DNA of 64,000 bases from an uncultured Candidatus Saccharibacteria bacterium (GCA_964350645.1 CAYGJY010000001.1:142316-206315); one strand, 5' to 3'. Positions 11,315 to 21,537 are shown, counted from the stretch's first letter. The notes: a model not told the origin generated them from the letters alone. Program-made: numbers and translations.

Positions 11315-12646
11315 ATGGCAAAAAAGACTACTACAACCAAAAAAACTACTAAAAAAGCGGCCAAAAAATCCGTACCAAAAACCAAAAAAACTGTAGCCAA
11401 GAAAGTTGTCAAAAAGACGCCGGCTAAAAAAACCATAAAGAAAAAAACTGTAGCCAAGAAAGTTGTCAAAAAGACACCGGCTAAAAAACCCGCTGTTAAG
11501 AACGTAGCAGCTAAAGCTGTCAAAAAGACTGTTAAGGCTGCAGCCAAGAAAGCCGCAAAGCCACTCACAAAACCGCAAAAAGAATTGCAGAAGAAAGCCT
11601 CAGAACTATTACAAATGGGTCGTGACCGGGGGTATGTTACCTACGACGAGATTCTTAAGTATTTCCCAGCGATCGAGAAAGATGTTCCGTTCCTGGAAGA
11701 TTTTTACGAAAAGCTTTCTATTGCTAATATCGATGTGCTTCAAAGTGGTGGTTTACTTGGTAGTACAAAAGAAGAAGAGCTTTTAGCAGCGAAGAATGCC
11801 TACAAGCGCAACGACTCTGGGTACGATTCAATCCAGATGTACTTGCGTGAGATCGGCCAGTATCCGCTCTTGACTGCCCAAGAAGAGCGTACGCTGGCGA
11901 AGCGTATTCTAGATGGCGACGAGGAGGCGCGCAACTTGTTGGCTCGAGCCAACCTTCGTTTGGTAGTTTCGATCGCCAAGAAGTATGTTGGACGTTCTCC
12001 AGACCTCACGTTGCTCGACTTGATCCAGGAAGGAAACCTGGGGCTCTTTAAGGCGGTTGATAAGTTTGATCATACTAAAGGCTTTAAGTTTTCAACCTAT
12101 GCGACCTGGTGGATTCGTCAGGCAATTACCCGAGCGCTCGCAGATCAGTCTCGAACAATTCGTATTCCGGTGCACATGGTAGAAACTATGGCCAAGTACA
12201 AGCAGGTCTCACGAAGACTAGCACAAGATTTAGGACGGGATCCAATGCCGGAAGAGATTGCAACTGAAATGGATGTTGAGGTAGAAAAGATTTACCAAAT
12301 TGAAAAAATCTCGCAAGACACTATTTCTCTCGAGCTACCGATTGGTGACGACGATGATCGCTCACGTTTGTCCGACTTCATTTCTGATGACAAGATGGTG
12401 TCACCCGACCAAGAAGTTGCACACAGTATCTTGACTGACCAAATCACTGAGATTCTCGATTCCTTGTCTGAAAAGGAACGAAAGATTCTTGAGATGCGTC
12501 ATGGACTTCTTGATGGTACGTATCACACCCTTGAAGAAGTTGGTAAGGAGTTTGGGGTGACGCGAGAACGGATTCGGCAGATTGAAGCGAAAGCTTTAGA
12601 AAAGATTCGCCAACATGAAAAGGCACGAAGGCTAAAGAGTTATTAA
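11315..12646 (+). CDS. rpoD: RNA polymerase sigma-70 (RpoD-like) with a lysine-rich, histone-tail-like N-terminal extension
   Basis: Regions 2-4 are recognisable: [32 protein letters not shown] and [21 protein letters not shown]. The N-terminus is a KKTxxKK repeat tract. The start is taken at MAKKTT (11315); the listed ORF starts at 11258. Confidence 0.85.
   Translation: MAKKTTTTKKTTKKAAKKSVPKTKKTVAKKVVKKTPAKKTIKKKTVAKKVVKKTPAKKPAVKNVAAKAVKKTVKAAAKKAAKPLTKPQKELQKKASELLQMGRDRGYVTYDEILKYFPAIEKDVPFLEDFYEKLSIANIDVLQSGGLLGSTKEEELLAAKNAYKRNDSGYDSIQMYLREIGQYPLLTAQEERTLAKRILDGDEEARNLLARANLRLVVSIAKKYVGRSPDLTLLDLIQEGNLGLFKAVDKFDHTKGFKFSTYATWWIRQAITRALADQSRTIRIPVHMVETMAKYKQVSRRLAQDLGRDPMPEEIATEMDVEVEKIYQIEKISQDTISLELPIGDDDDRSRLSDFISDDKMVSPDQEVAHSILTDQITEILDSLSEKERKILEMRHGLLDGTYHTLEEVGKEFGVTRERIRQIEAKALEKIRQHEKARRLKSY
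11385..11498 (+). repeat. Tandem 57-bp (19-aa) direct repeat x2 inside the sigma-factor N-terminus ([16 protein letters not shown]...)
   Basis: A near-identical unit ctgtagccaagaaagttgtcaaaaagac(g/a)ccggctaaaaaa occurs at 11391 and again at 11448. Confidence 0.7.
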
Positions 12647-12656
12647 ACACTCATAA

Positions 12657-12688
12657 CAAAAGGCCGTCGCACTGCGCCGGCCTTTTAG
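12657..12688. terminator. Bidirectional terminator hairpin between the convergent rpoD and transporter genes
   Basis: aaaaggccgtcgc-actg-cgccggcctttt forms a stem with one mismatch and is flanked by A/T runs on both sides. Confidence 0.5.
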
Positions 12689-12708
12689 CTACCTAACTAG
12701 GGTGGTGA

Positions 12709-14091
12709 CTAGTTAATATGGTCAGGAGCCACAGGTCCGTGGGTAGCTGTTTCGTGGCTTGTAGGGCTCACATGACCACCCTCAGCATGACCTTCTGCCA
12801 TATAAAATTCAGTAAAGAGAGTGAGTCCAAGAGTAGCGACAACGAGGCCGATAATCATAACTGGAGCACCTTGCTTAATCCAGTCGATGAAGGTGATTGG
12901 ATTGTCGGTCTTTTCAGACTTGGCGACGACGATCACTCCAGCGGTAGATCCGATCGGTGAACCATTACCACCAAACCCAACACCAAATACCAGGGCCCAC
13001 CACAGAATTTCAATTGGTACCCCTTGGGTTCCCAGGAAACCAATAATCGGAATCATCGCCACAGTGAGCGGGATGTTGTCGACAATTGCCGAGAGAATCG
13101 CACTTGACCAGAGGATAATAATAGCTGTGAGCAGGAGGTTTTCACTGGCGCCGGCTGTAAGGAGATCAGCAACACGCTCAAGCACACCAGCGTGCTCGAG
13201 ACCACCAACAATCACGAAGAGTGAGCCGAAGAAGAGGAGTACAGACAACTCACACTTTTCAAGCATGTGTTGTGGATCATGCTTTGGCGAGACGATAATA
13301 AGGGCAAGAGCAGCGCCGATGAGAGCAACCATCGCTGGAGCGAGGTGGAAGTAGGAGTGGGTAAAGAAGAGGACGATGACAAGTGCAAAAACTGCCAGCA
13401 GCTTCTTAAGCATCTTCGGTTCCTTGATAGCACTCTTTTCATCCATTTGCATAAGACGCTCCACGTTTTGAGGTTCTTTCCTGAGGTCTTTTCTGAAGAG
13501 AAAGCGGAAGAGAATGAGCGTGAATACCCATGTGACCAGCACAACTGGCAGCGAGTGGATCAAGAAGTCATTGAAAGAAAAGGCTGCTGCCGAACCAATC
13601 ATAATGTTCGGTGGATCTCCAACGAGGGTGGCGGTACCACCAACGTTAGAAAGGAGGGCTTCTGCCATCAAGATCGGTGTCGGATTGATCTTAAGCATCT
13701 CAGCGATAATGATCGTGATTGGTACAATCAAAATGATTGTCGTTACGTTGTCGAGGATCATTGAGAGAATGGCAGTAATTGCCGAGAGAGCAACCATGAG
13801 TCGCCATGGTTTTCCTTTTGTTTTCTTGGCAGTCCAGATACCGAGGTACTGAAAAGCCCCAGTTTGCTCAAGCATGCCAACGAGGAGCATCATTCCAAAG
13901 AGAAGTCCAAGGGTGTTGAAGTCAACCACTTCCAGCACTTCAGCCGGGTGGTAGAAGTCAAAGTACATTCCAGCGAGGACCATAGTCATGGCTCCGAAGA
14001 GACCAATCACAGTGCGGTGGATTCTTTCAGTCAGAATGAAAAAGAAGGTAACTGAAAAAATAATCAGCGCAATAATTTCGATAGTTTCCAT
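12709..14091 (-). CDS. ArsB/NhaD-superfamily (CitMHS/SLC13-like) polytopic ion transporter
   Basis: The 460-aa product has ~12 predicted TM helices, internal two-fold symmetry and a GS/G-rich re-entrant segment (GGNGSPIGSTAG). The substrate is unknown. Confidence 0.5.
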   Translation of the reverse strand: METIEIIALIIFSVTFFFILTERIHRTVIGLFGAMTMVLAGMYFDFYHPAEVLEVVDFNTLGLLFGMMLLVGMLEQTGAFQYLGIWTAKKTKGKPWRLMVALSAITAILSMILDNVTTIILIVPITIIIAEMLKINPTPILMAEALLSNVGGTATLVGDPPNIMIGSAAAFSFNDFLIHSLPVVLVTWVFTLILFRFLFRKDLRKEPQNVERLMQMDEKSAIKEPKMLKKLLAVFALVIVLFFTHSYFHLAPAMVALIGAALALIIVSPKHDPQHMLEKCELSVLLFFGSLFVIVGGLEHAGVLERVADLLTAGASENLLLTAIIILWSSAILSAIVDNIPLTVAMIPIIGFLGTQGVPIEILWWALVFGVGFGGNGSPIGSTAGVIVVAKSEKTDNPITFIDWIKQGAPVMIIGLVVATLGLTLFTEFYMAEGHAEGGHVSPTSHETATHGPVAPDHIN

Positions 14092-14149
14092 AAAGTGTTA
14101 ATACGATAAATACCCAGCAAAACTCTCGTGTTGCGTAAGGTGGTAATAA

Positions 14150-14611
14150 TTATTCAGTTGAGTTAGGAATGTTGAGGTAGTCAGCAATAATATGCTTCAG
14201 TCCTTGTCGAGAGATGATACCAATCGGCCGATTGTCAGCGTCAACTACAGGAATGCGCGCTCGTTGGTGTCCGATAGCAGTTGCAGCGACAGACATGAGG
14301 CCGTCATTCATTTTTACTACGCTAAAATCCCTAGACATAAAAAACTGAACCTGCTTGGTTTCAGTGTCTTTAACTGCTTCAGCGAACATTTCCTCAGTAG
14401 CAAAGTGAGCAGCGATATTATCGCCATCAAGGTATTCTGGGACGATCGCATCTAGTAAATCAGCTACACTAATTTCACCAGACAACTTTCCTTCAGTGTT
14501 AACTACCAAAAGAGTGTTGGTTTTGCCATTTATCATAGCTTGTACCGCTTCTGTGAAAGAGGCTTCCTCAGAGATGGTAACAGCCGGTTTTACAATATCT
14601 TTTACTTCCAT
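14150..14611 (-). CDS. CBS-pair domain protein
   Basis: The 153-aa product carries two CBS-like segments (KTNTLLVVNTEGKLSGEISVADL and RARIPVVDADNRPIGIISRQGL). Confidence 0.6.
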   Translation of the reverse strand: MEVKDIVKPAVTISEEASFTEAVQAMINGKTNTLLVVNTEGKLSGEISVADLLDAIVPEYLDGDNIAAHFATEEMFAEAVKDTETKQVQFFMSRDFSVVKMNDGLMSVAATAIGHQRARIPVVDADNRPIGIISRQGLKHIIADYLNIPNSTE

Positions 14612-14799
14612 GTTCTTTCATTATACCTTACACAATATAAGGTAATCTTTGTTTTAATCGTCCTACGCACCACTGCAGCAACCTATGCATAATAGATTGT
14701 CACAAGAATGTGTACGACGAGACTATTAACGTGGAGCATAATACTCCTCTTATCTAATTTGTATAGACTGATTATACACAGTGATATACTGTTAGCATT

Positions 14800-17799
14800 A
14801 TGTCAAAATTGGGTGAAACGGGGGCGGCATTCAAAGAAGCATATGCTTCTTTGAATGCCGCCCAGAAGCAAGCGGTCGACACTATCGAAGGTCCCGTTAT
14901 GGTTATTGCGGGCCCAGGGACGGGGAAGACTCAAATCCTCACGCTGCGGATCGCTAATATCCTTCTGAAGACAGATAGCAAACCTGAAAACATCCTTGCT
15001 CTGACCTTCACTGAATCAGGGGCTAAAGCGATGCGTGAGCGCTTGGTGCGCTATATCGGAGCAGAAGCGTATCGCGTAGCTATATTTACGTTCCACAGCT
15101 TTGCGCAGCGTTTAATTGCAGCGTATCCAGATGCTTACCCCGATATCATCGGAGGTAAACCAGCTAGTGATATTGACAAAATATCTATTATTGAAACTAT
15201 CTTAGATAGTGGGGCGGTAGAGACACTTCGTCCTGGTGGCAATCCTCAGTACTATGTCAAACCAGTGCAGAGCATGCTGAGCGATCTAAAGCGGGAGTAT
15301 ATTACTCCAGACCGACTCGCCGAGTTGATTACTCATGATGAAGAATTACTAGCAGGAATAGAGCAGATTCATCAGACAGGCGCTCATAAAGGCAAGGTAC
15401 GAGGTGAATATAAAGATAAAGAGAAAGCGATCGAAAAAAATCGTGCCTTGCTTACGGTGTATCGCCAGTACCAGGCTTTACTACGGGAGCGCAAACTGTT
15501 TGATTTTGATGACATGATTGTCGAGACGGTGGGAGCGTTGGAGAAAAATGAAGATATGCTTCGCGATCTACAGGAGAGTTATCAGTATATTTTGGCTGAT
15601 GAGCATCAAGACGTAAACGGTTCTCAAAATAAAATTCTCGAGTTGTTGGCTTCGTACCACCAATCCCCAAATATTTTTGTGGTAGGCGATGAGAAGCAAG
15701 CGATTTTTCGTTTTCAAGGAGCTTCACTCGATAACTTTTTATATTTCAGTGAGTACTTTAAGGATACGGTAGTCATTTCACTTATCGATAACTATCGTTC
15801 GGGACAACCGATACTGGATGCGGCTCAGAGTTTGATTGCAGTTGCTGATGGCCCACTTAAAGATCTGCGAGTGCCACTTAAGGCAGCGGCGATCAAAAAT
15901 GCGTCTGTAGAAAGAAGATCTTTTTCGCATCAGGCGGTCGAGGATGAGTGGGTAGTTGCAACTATACAAGAAGTAATTGGCAAGGGGACACTAGCGGAAG
16001 AAGTGGCTGTCATCGCTCGCTCAAACCGTGAAGTAGAAGGACTAACTGAGGCGCTACGAGCTAGTGGAGTAGCAGCCTCTGCCTCAGCTGACAGCGATAT
16101 CTTACATCATCCCATTACGCACACGGTAGAGCAGCTCATGCAAGCAGTGGTTTCAACTGACGCAGCCGCTTTATTTACAGTGTTACATGGTAGCTACTGG
16201 GGAATTGATCGCACCGACTTAGTGAAGCTCTTTTCGTCTCAATCGTATAGTCAATCTTTGTTGCTACTGATAACAGATACGGAACTCCTGGCCTCATTGC
16301 AGTTGTCTAAACCAGAGGCTCTCGATCGAGTGAATGAGGTCCTCAATGAGGCTCGTATGAGGTCTTTAACTGAAGCGCCACACCAGGTGCTGGCATATGT
16401 GGTTGAAGCCAGCGGCTTAAAAAACCACCTCATGACTCAAGATCCCCTTTCTGGTACCCGCGTGCTGCGGCGTTTATATGATGAAATAGAAGCTATGGTA
16501 CGAAGTAATAATGCCGCTACTTTGAGTGATGTTGCTGCGATGTTGAAGCAACGACGCGAGTATAATCTGCCCCTTAATGCGCCATTTATTGCAACTGACA
16601 CCGGTGTGGTGCAAGTAATGACAGCACATAAATCAAAAGGCTTAGAGTTTACAGTCGTGATCGCCCCGCACCTGACTGACAACGCTTGGGGTGGCAAGGT
16701 TCGCCGGGATAATTTTAAAATTACCTTGCCGCGCCAGCTTAAAGAGTCAGCAACTGATGCAACCGACGACGAACGACGTTTACTCTATGTGATGATGACG
16801 CGGGCTAAAGAGCGTTTGCTGCTGAGTTCCAGTGAGATGAGCTCTGATGGTAAACCACTCACACCGTCGCGGTTATTTGCTGACATTGAAGATGGGCTCT
16901 TACCAGTGATTGACACTATGAGTGAAGAAGATCAGTTTGATCCAATGGTGTCGATTAGAACCACAGTCACTCCGGCAGTGGTGGACCCGGTTTTTATAAA
17001 GACATTGTTCGCTGCGCGTGGATTTTCGGCGACGTCTCTTAACAACTACCTGCGTAGCCCTTGGGATTTTTACTATCGTAACCTATTGCGGATTCCGGAG
17101 GTGCAGCCAGTGCATATGCAGTTTGGGACCGCAGTGCATAATGTGATGCAGTATGTGACTACGATGCATATGAAAGAGCAGAAACTACCGAGTGATTCAG
17201 TGATCAAAGAGCAGCTTGAGCGGCAACTAGCGCGCCTGCCAGTTGGAGTTGAGGATTACACTCGGTTACATAAAAAAGGCTTAGAAGCACTCCTGACGTA
17301 CATTCCCCAGGTCGCACCACATTGGTCCAAACAGACTTTCGAAGAGTTGGCTGTGAATGTACTACTGGAGACCGGCATACCGGAACTGCCACACCTGCCA
17401 CTTACGGGTAAGCTCGATCGTTTAGACGTAGCTGATGACGGTACCGTCCTTCGGGTGGTTGATTATAAAACTGGCAAGCCGAAGTCTCGCAATGTTATAG
17501 AAGGTAAGACCAAAACTGCAGATGGGGCATACAAACGACAGTTAGTGTTTTATGCACTCCTTCTTGACCTTTATGATGATAAGCGATATCGCTGTCGAGA
17601 AGGAGTCCTGTCTTTTGTTGAAGCAGACGCCAAGGGGGTGGTTCACGAAGAGAGTTTCACCATTACCAATGAAGAAATTATAGCTTTAAAAGATGAGATC
17701 ATTTCTGCAACCAAGGAAATTATTAGTGGTCAATTTTTGACAGTACCCTGTGATCCAGAACAATCGTCGTATTGTCATTTGGTTGAGTTACTTAAGTAG
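14800..17799 (+). CDS. UvrD/PcrA-family SF1 helicase fused to a C-terminal PD-(D/E)XK (AddA/Cas4-like) nuclease domain
   Basis: Helicase motifs are Walker A (AGPGTGKTQILTLR), motif II (ILADEHQD), VVGDEKQAIFRFQGA and motif VI (VMTAHKSKGLEF). The C-terminus carries VVDYKTGKP (the nuclease motif) plus terminal Cys residues. Confidence 0.75.
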   Translation: MSKLGETGAAFKEAYASLNAAQKQAVDTIEGPVMVIAGPGTGKTQILTLRIANILLKTDSKPENILALTFTESGAKAMRERLVRYIGAEAYRVAIFTFHSFAQRLIAAYPDAYPDIIGGKPASDIDKISIIETILDSGAVETLRPGGNPQYYVKPVQSMLSDLKREYITPDRLAELITHDEELLAGIEQIHQTGAHKGKVRGEYKDKEKAIEKNRALLTVYRQYQALLRERKLFDFDDMIVETVGALEKNEDMLRDLQESYQYILADEHQDVNGSQNKILELLASYHQSPNIFVVGDEKQAIFRFQGASLDNFLYFSEYFKDTVVISLIDNYRSGQPILDAAQSLIAVADGPLKDLRVPLKAAAIKNASVERRSFSHQAVEDEWVVATIQEVIGKGTLAEEVAVIARSNREVEGLTEALRASGVAASASADSDILHHPITHTVEQLMQAVVSTDAAALFTVLHGSYWGIDRTDLVKLFSSQSYSQSLLLLITDTELLASLQLSKPEALDRVNEVLNEARMRSLTEAPHQVLAYVVEASGLKNHLMTQDPLSGTRVLRRLYDEIEAMVRSNNAATLSDVAAMLKQRREYNLPLNAPFIATDTGVVQVMTAHKSKGLEFTVVIAPHLTDNAWGGKVRRDNFKITLPRQLKESATDATDDERRLLYVMMTRAKERLLLSSSEMSSDGKPLTPSRLFADIEDGLLPVIDTMSEEDQFDPMVSIRTTVTPAVVDPVFIKTLFAARGFSATSLNNYLRSPWDFYYRNLLRIPEVQPVHMQFGTAVHNVMQYVTTMHMKEQKLPSDSVIKEQLERQLARLPVGVEDYTRLHKKGLEALLTYIPQVAPHWSKQTFEELAVNVLLETGIPELPHLPLTGKLDRLDVADDGTVLRVVDYKTGKPKSRNVIEGKTKTADGAYKRQLVFYALLLDLYDDKRYRCREGVLSFVEADAKGVVHEESFTITNEEIIALKDEIISATKEIISGQFLTVPCDPEQSSYCHLVELLK

Positions 17800-17810
17800 A
17801 TGGGGAATAC

Positions 17811-17847
17811 AAAAGAGCGGCGCCAAAGGCGCCGCTCTTTTGTATTC
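17811..17847. terminator. Bidirectional rho-independent terminator (between the helicase gene on + and the DsbA-like gene on -)
   Basis: aaaagagcggcgcc-aaa-ggcgccgctcttttgtat. Confidence 0.55.
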
Positions 17848-17857
17848 TAGATTGACC

Positions 17858-18607
17858 TTAATTAGCCTGTGGAACACCGTCAAGTTGTTGGATGAGATTC
17901 TCCACAATCCCTTTCACGTTTTGGTAAGGTTGTGCGCCGTTGATGACTCCTTGTTGGTCACCGACGAGTACGATCGTGTGTGGGGTACCGCGTCCACCAA
18001 TCGCAATCGCATTGTTGAAGTCCTCTTCAACTGCCGGGATCGTGCGTCCACTCTGAAGACAGGTTTCAAACTCCGCACGGTCAACACCGGCAAATTCAGC
18101 AAATTCTGGAAGTGAAGCAGGGTTAGTTTGGGCATTAGTTTCACGTTCTTCAAACACTAAGTCTGAAAAGGTCCAAAAGGCATCGTTGCCGCCTAACTCA
18201 GCGACACATTCAGCAGCAGCTGCAATAGCTGGTGCGTTAGGGTGTAGTTGTTCAAGTGGGAAGTGACGATAGACCCAAGCCACTCGGCCATCAGTGCCAT
18301 AGTCAGCCATAATTTGATTCATTGTTTCGTGAAAGTTCTTACAGAACGGGCAGTCATAGTCAGAATACTCTACAAGAATAATCTGAGCGTTAGGGTTGCC
18401 TCGGATGTGGTCGTCTTCGGTAATTGGATTGATATTCTCTGGACTAGCAGGATCAACCGGGGCACTGTTAGTAGTATCAGCTCCTGGCATAGCCACCGTT
18501 GGGTTACTGATTGGCTGGCCACTAAAAAAGATAGCTGCGGCGATTAAACCAAAGCCAGCAATAATGGCGAAGGGAATGGCGAGGGATTGAGTTTTGTTTT
18601 CTTCCAT
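17858..18607 (-). CDS. Membrane-anchored DsbA-like thiol:disulfide oxidoreductase (thioredoxin fold)
   Basis: An N-terminal TM anchor is followed by the CPFC active site (YDCPFCKNFH) in a thioredoxin-like domain. Confidence 0.65.
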   Translation of the reverse strand: MEENKTQSLAIPFAIIAGFGLIAAAIFFSGQPISNPTVAMPGADTTNSAPVDPASPENINPITEDDHIRGNPNAQIILVEYSDYDCPFCKNFHETMNQIMADYGTDGRVAWVYRHFPLEQLHPNAPAIAAAAECVAELGGNDAFWTFSDLVFEERETNAQTNPASLPEFAEFAGVDRAEFETCLQSGRTIPAVEEDFNNAIAIGGRGTPHTIVLVGDQQGVINGAQPYQNVKGIVENLIQQLDGVPQAN

Positions 18608-18695
18608 AAAATCAAATTAACGTTAATTTAATCGAGTATACCACACTCTATTTATGAGTTCAGGGGCTGTGCGTGGTACAATTTTGCCAAGAAAT

Positions 18696-19505
18696 ATGGG
18701 TATTTTTGAAGCATTGTTATTAGGGATACTACAAGGTTTGACCGAATTCTTGCCGGTGTCTTCTTCTGGGCATCTGATTCTGGCGCGGGAGCTGTTTCAT
18801 ATTGAAAGTGAGTATGCGCTTGCCTTTGACGCGATTTTACACCTAGCGACCGCTGCAGCGGTTGTTGTGTATTTTTTCAAAGATATTAGTGTCTTAGTGA
18901 ATACCGCCTTACGTAAACTTAGTCGCCTACCAGTCAACCAGTCAGATCTGACCCTCCTCTATGCGCTTATGATTGGTACTATACCAGCAGTACTGCTTGG
19001 CTTAGCACTAGAGTCAACTATGGAAACGTTGTTCCGCAACCCACTCTTGGTGGCTGGAGTCTTGGTGGCTGGATCGCTCTTCTTTATGTATGCCGAATGG
19101 GTCTATATGAATAATTACCAGAATAATGAGATGAACGTGAAGAAAGGCCTAAATATTGGTCTCTTCCAGTGTTTAGCATTAGTGCCTGGCATGTCCCGCT
19201 CTGGCTCAGCGATTGCTGGTGGTATGTTACTTGGTCTGACACGCAGTGAAGCGGCTCGGTTTGCATTTCTGCTTGCTATTCCGCTTATGTTGGGAGCGGG
19301 TTCTAAAAAATTGCTTGAGCTGATTGTGTCAGATGGATCGGTCGCGTGGCTGGCGGTTGGAGTGGGGGCAACGACGGCCTTTGTCGTGGGGCTGCTGGCC
19401 ATTCATTTTATGTTGTCCTTTGTCCGTAGCCATACTCTATGGCCGTTTATTTGGTACCGGTTGATCCTCGCTGCCTTTGTGGTATTTGTGGCAGTGTTTG
19501 GTTAG
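18696..19505 (+). CDS. uppP: Undecaprenyl-diphosphate phosphatase (BacA/UppP)
   Basis: Motifs LPVSSSGHL and PGMSRSGSAIAGG are present with ~8 TM helices. The start is taken at MGIFEALL. Confidence 0.8.
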   Translation: MGIFEALLLGILQGLTEFLPVSSSGHLILARELFHIESEYALAFDAILHLATAAAVVVYFFKDISVLVNTALRKLSRLPVNQSDLTLLYALMIGTIPAVLLGLALESTMETLFRNPLLVAGVLVAGSLFFMYAEWVYMNNYQNNEMNVKKGLNIGLFQCLALVPGMSRSGSAIAGGMLLGLTRSEAARFAFLLAIPLMLGAGSKKLLELIVSDGSVAWLAVGVGATTAFVVGLLAIHFMLSFVRSHTLWPFIWYRLILAAFVVFVAVFG

Positions 19506-19509
19506 AAGG

Positions 19510-20097
19510 TTAGAAAGGGAGTGAGTGCGTCATCGACGCGTCTTCGCGAGTAATCCAACGCGACGTATCAATTGGAATTTCTTGTTTGCGGTACCCGTCT
19601 TTAAATTTGAGATGACCATGTTCGAGAGCGTAATCAAAGATCTTCTTCGTCACTTTCACATCTTGCTCGCAGTATTTGATGATCTCTTCGATCTTACCTT
19701 CACGCCACCAGCGGACGGCCTGCAGGCCGTCCGCACTTTTCTTTGCTCCGATTGTCGCTTGCGCTACACTATCGAGTCGTAAGCGGCGACCAAGTGATTC
19801 TTTAATATCTTCTAAGATATCGATACTTTTAATCTGGGTCAGGTCACCTGGGTAGTATTTATTGAGGAGGGGAATATCAAAGTGGTTAGAGTTATAACCG
19901 ACGATCGCGTCAGCTGCTTCAAAGATAGGCCAGACGTCGTGGAGTTTATCTTCAGTCACACTCGTATAGGTGTCGGTCCCACTGTCATAGAGCGAGAGGA
20001 CACTGATATCAAGCGCCGTCGGATCAGATGAGCCAACGTCTTGAAAGATATTCTGTGTTTCAATATCAAAAATAACGTAGCGCATAATGGGCTTCAT
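19510..20097 (-). CDS. DEDD-family (DnaQ-like) 3'-5' exonuclease
   Basis: Exo I motif VIFDIETQN, Exo II-like YNSNHFDIPLL and Exo III YCEQDVKVT are present. Confidence 0.55.
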   Translation of the reverse strand: MKPIMRYVIFDIETQNIFQDVGSSDPTALDISVLSLYDSGTDTYTSVTEDKLHDVWPIFEAADAIVGYNSNHFDIPLLNKYYPGDLTQIKSIDILEDIKESLGRRLRLDSVAQATIGAKKSADGLQAVRWWREGKIEEIIKYCEQDVKVTKKIFDYALEHGHLKFKDGYRKQEIPIDTSRWITREDASMTHSLPF

Positions 20098-20107
20098 GCT
20101 ACCACAG

Positions 20108-21367
20108 CTACCGTACCACCTCGATTAATTTTTCCAGAGTACCAACAGTTTCTTCACCTGTAGAGAGATCTTTAAGGGTGTAGTTTTGCGTTTTTACTTC
20201 ATCTTCACCCAGAATCAAGGCGTATTCCACAAAGGCTTTGCCAGCAGCGTCGAGCTTTTTGCCAACTTTCCGGTCGGAAATGTCTGTTGCTACTGAGATC
20301 TGAGCGGCTCGGAAAGCTTGGGCGAGTTTCTGACTCGCTAAGTTTAAACTCGGTTCGATTGGGAGGATCATGAGCGTTGGCGAGGTCAGATCAGCGGTCA
20401 GGAGGTCGTGGCTTTCGAGGAAGTTGCGCAGCGTCACATCACCAAAACCAAAGCCAATCCCCGGGATCGGGTCGCCACCAAACAGGCCGGTCAGGTTATC
20501 GTAGCGACCACCACCCATCATTGAGCGGTTATTCTCTGGGTCAGTGTCTTTAAATTCAAAAATCGTTCCGGTGTAGTAGTCGAAGCCACGAGCGAGTGAA
20601 CGGTCGATCCGGACATTGGTGATCCCGAGTTCTTTGAGTCCAGCCACTACGGCATTATCACCAGGGTCAGTCGACTCGATCATGTGCTTGATCTCTTTGG
20701 CTAGGGCTTTGTCACCGACAATCTCCTGCAGTGCTTCCAGATATTCATTGGCTTCGATCTTGTCTTTGCGGTCGTTGAGACGGGTGATCGCAGTTACCGT
20801 TGCTTCGTCTGTTATTCCAAGGAGTGCGTAGGCGTGCTTCATCGTGGCGCGATTGTTTACCAGGATTTCAAACATGCTTTCGTCCGCGCCAAAATTCATG
20901 AAAATCGCGTGAGCCAGCGCAATTACTTCAACATCCGCGGTGTAGTCATTGCTGCCAAAGATGTCACAGTTTAGTTGCCAGTGCTCGCGAAGGCGACCAC
21001 GCTGGGTGCGCTCGTAACGAAAGAGGTTGGGGATTGAGTACCAACGGACCGGGAAGGCAAGCTCACGCCGCTTGCCGGCGATCATCCGGGCGACAGTTGG
21101 CGTCATCTCAGGACGCAGCGTCACTTCGCGGTCACCGCGGTCGGTGAAAGTGTAGGTCTGTTCGTTGACCATTTCAGCGTTCTCAGCCCCCTTAGCTTTA
21201 TAAAGTTCTGAGGGTTCAAGCACAGACGCGTCGTAGCGTTCATAGCCAAAGCTTTCAGCGGTCTGTTCCCACACTGAAAACATATACCGCTGCACGGCCA
21301 TATCATCGGGATAAAAATCACGCACACCTTTGTACGGAGCTGTTCCTAGTTCATTTTTGTTAGACAT
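20108..21367 (-). CDS. hisS: Histidine--tRNA ligase
   Basis: The product has class II aaRS motifs and HisRS-specific segments (FPVRWYSIPNLFRYERTQRGRLREHWQLNCDIFG, GGGRYD) plus a C-terminal anticodon-binding domain. Confidence 0.9.
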   Translation of the reverse strand: MSNKNELGTAPYKGVRDFYPDDMAVQRYMFSVWEQTAESFGYERYDASVLEPSELYKAKGAENAEMVNEQTYTFTDRGDREVTLRPEMTPTVARMIAGKRRELAFPVRWYSIPNLFRYERTQRGRLREHWQLNCDIFGSNDYTADVEVIALAHAIFMNFGADESMFEILVNNRATMKHAYALLGITDEATVTAITRLNDRKDKIEANEYLEALQEIVGDKALAKEIKHMIESTDPGDNAVVAGLKELGITNVRIDRSLARGFDYYTGTIFEFKDTDPENNRSMMGGGRYDNLTGLFGGDPIPGIGFGFGDVTLRNFLESHDLLTADLTSPTLMILPIEPSLNLASQKLAQAFRAAQISVATDISDRKVGKKLDAAGKAFVEYALILGEDEVKTQNYTLKDLSTGEETVGTLEKLIEVVR

Positions 21368-21442
21368 ATGTAGCCATTAGAATACCAGAAAACACACGAA
21401 TCGGTAGGGGATTTAGCCTAAAACAAATACATTTTGTAATAT

Positions 21443-21470
21443 TTGACAATTTACAGATTTAAAGTATTAT
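21443..21470 (+). promoter_or_regulatory. Candidate sigma-70 promoter (TTGACA, 16-nt spacer, TATTAT) driving the small lipoprotein-like ORF and the structured element downstream
   Basis: TTGACA is at 21443-21448 and TATTAT at 21465-21470. A GGAG RBS sits before the ATG at 21538. Confidence 0.3.
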
Positions 21471-21537
21471 TTTTCAGTCACGGAGGAGAGTTGGGAAGCC
21501 CTCCAAAGTGACATTCCGACCAACTGAAGGAGTGATC

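Noticed and set aside
11230-11578. Two overlapping minus-strand ORFs (112 and 103 aa) are rich in Phe/Leu.
   Set aside because: They are the reverse-complement reading of the lysine codon (AAA/AAG) repeat tract in the rpoD N-terminus. They are artefacts of the poly-A-rich repeat.
12718-14055. Multiple + strand ORFs (80-177 aa) lie inside the ArsB/NhaD transporter gene.
   Set aside because: They are antisense or overlapping a long, clearly membrane-protein-coding minus-strand ORF. Their translations are low-complexity.
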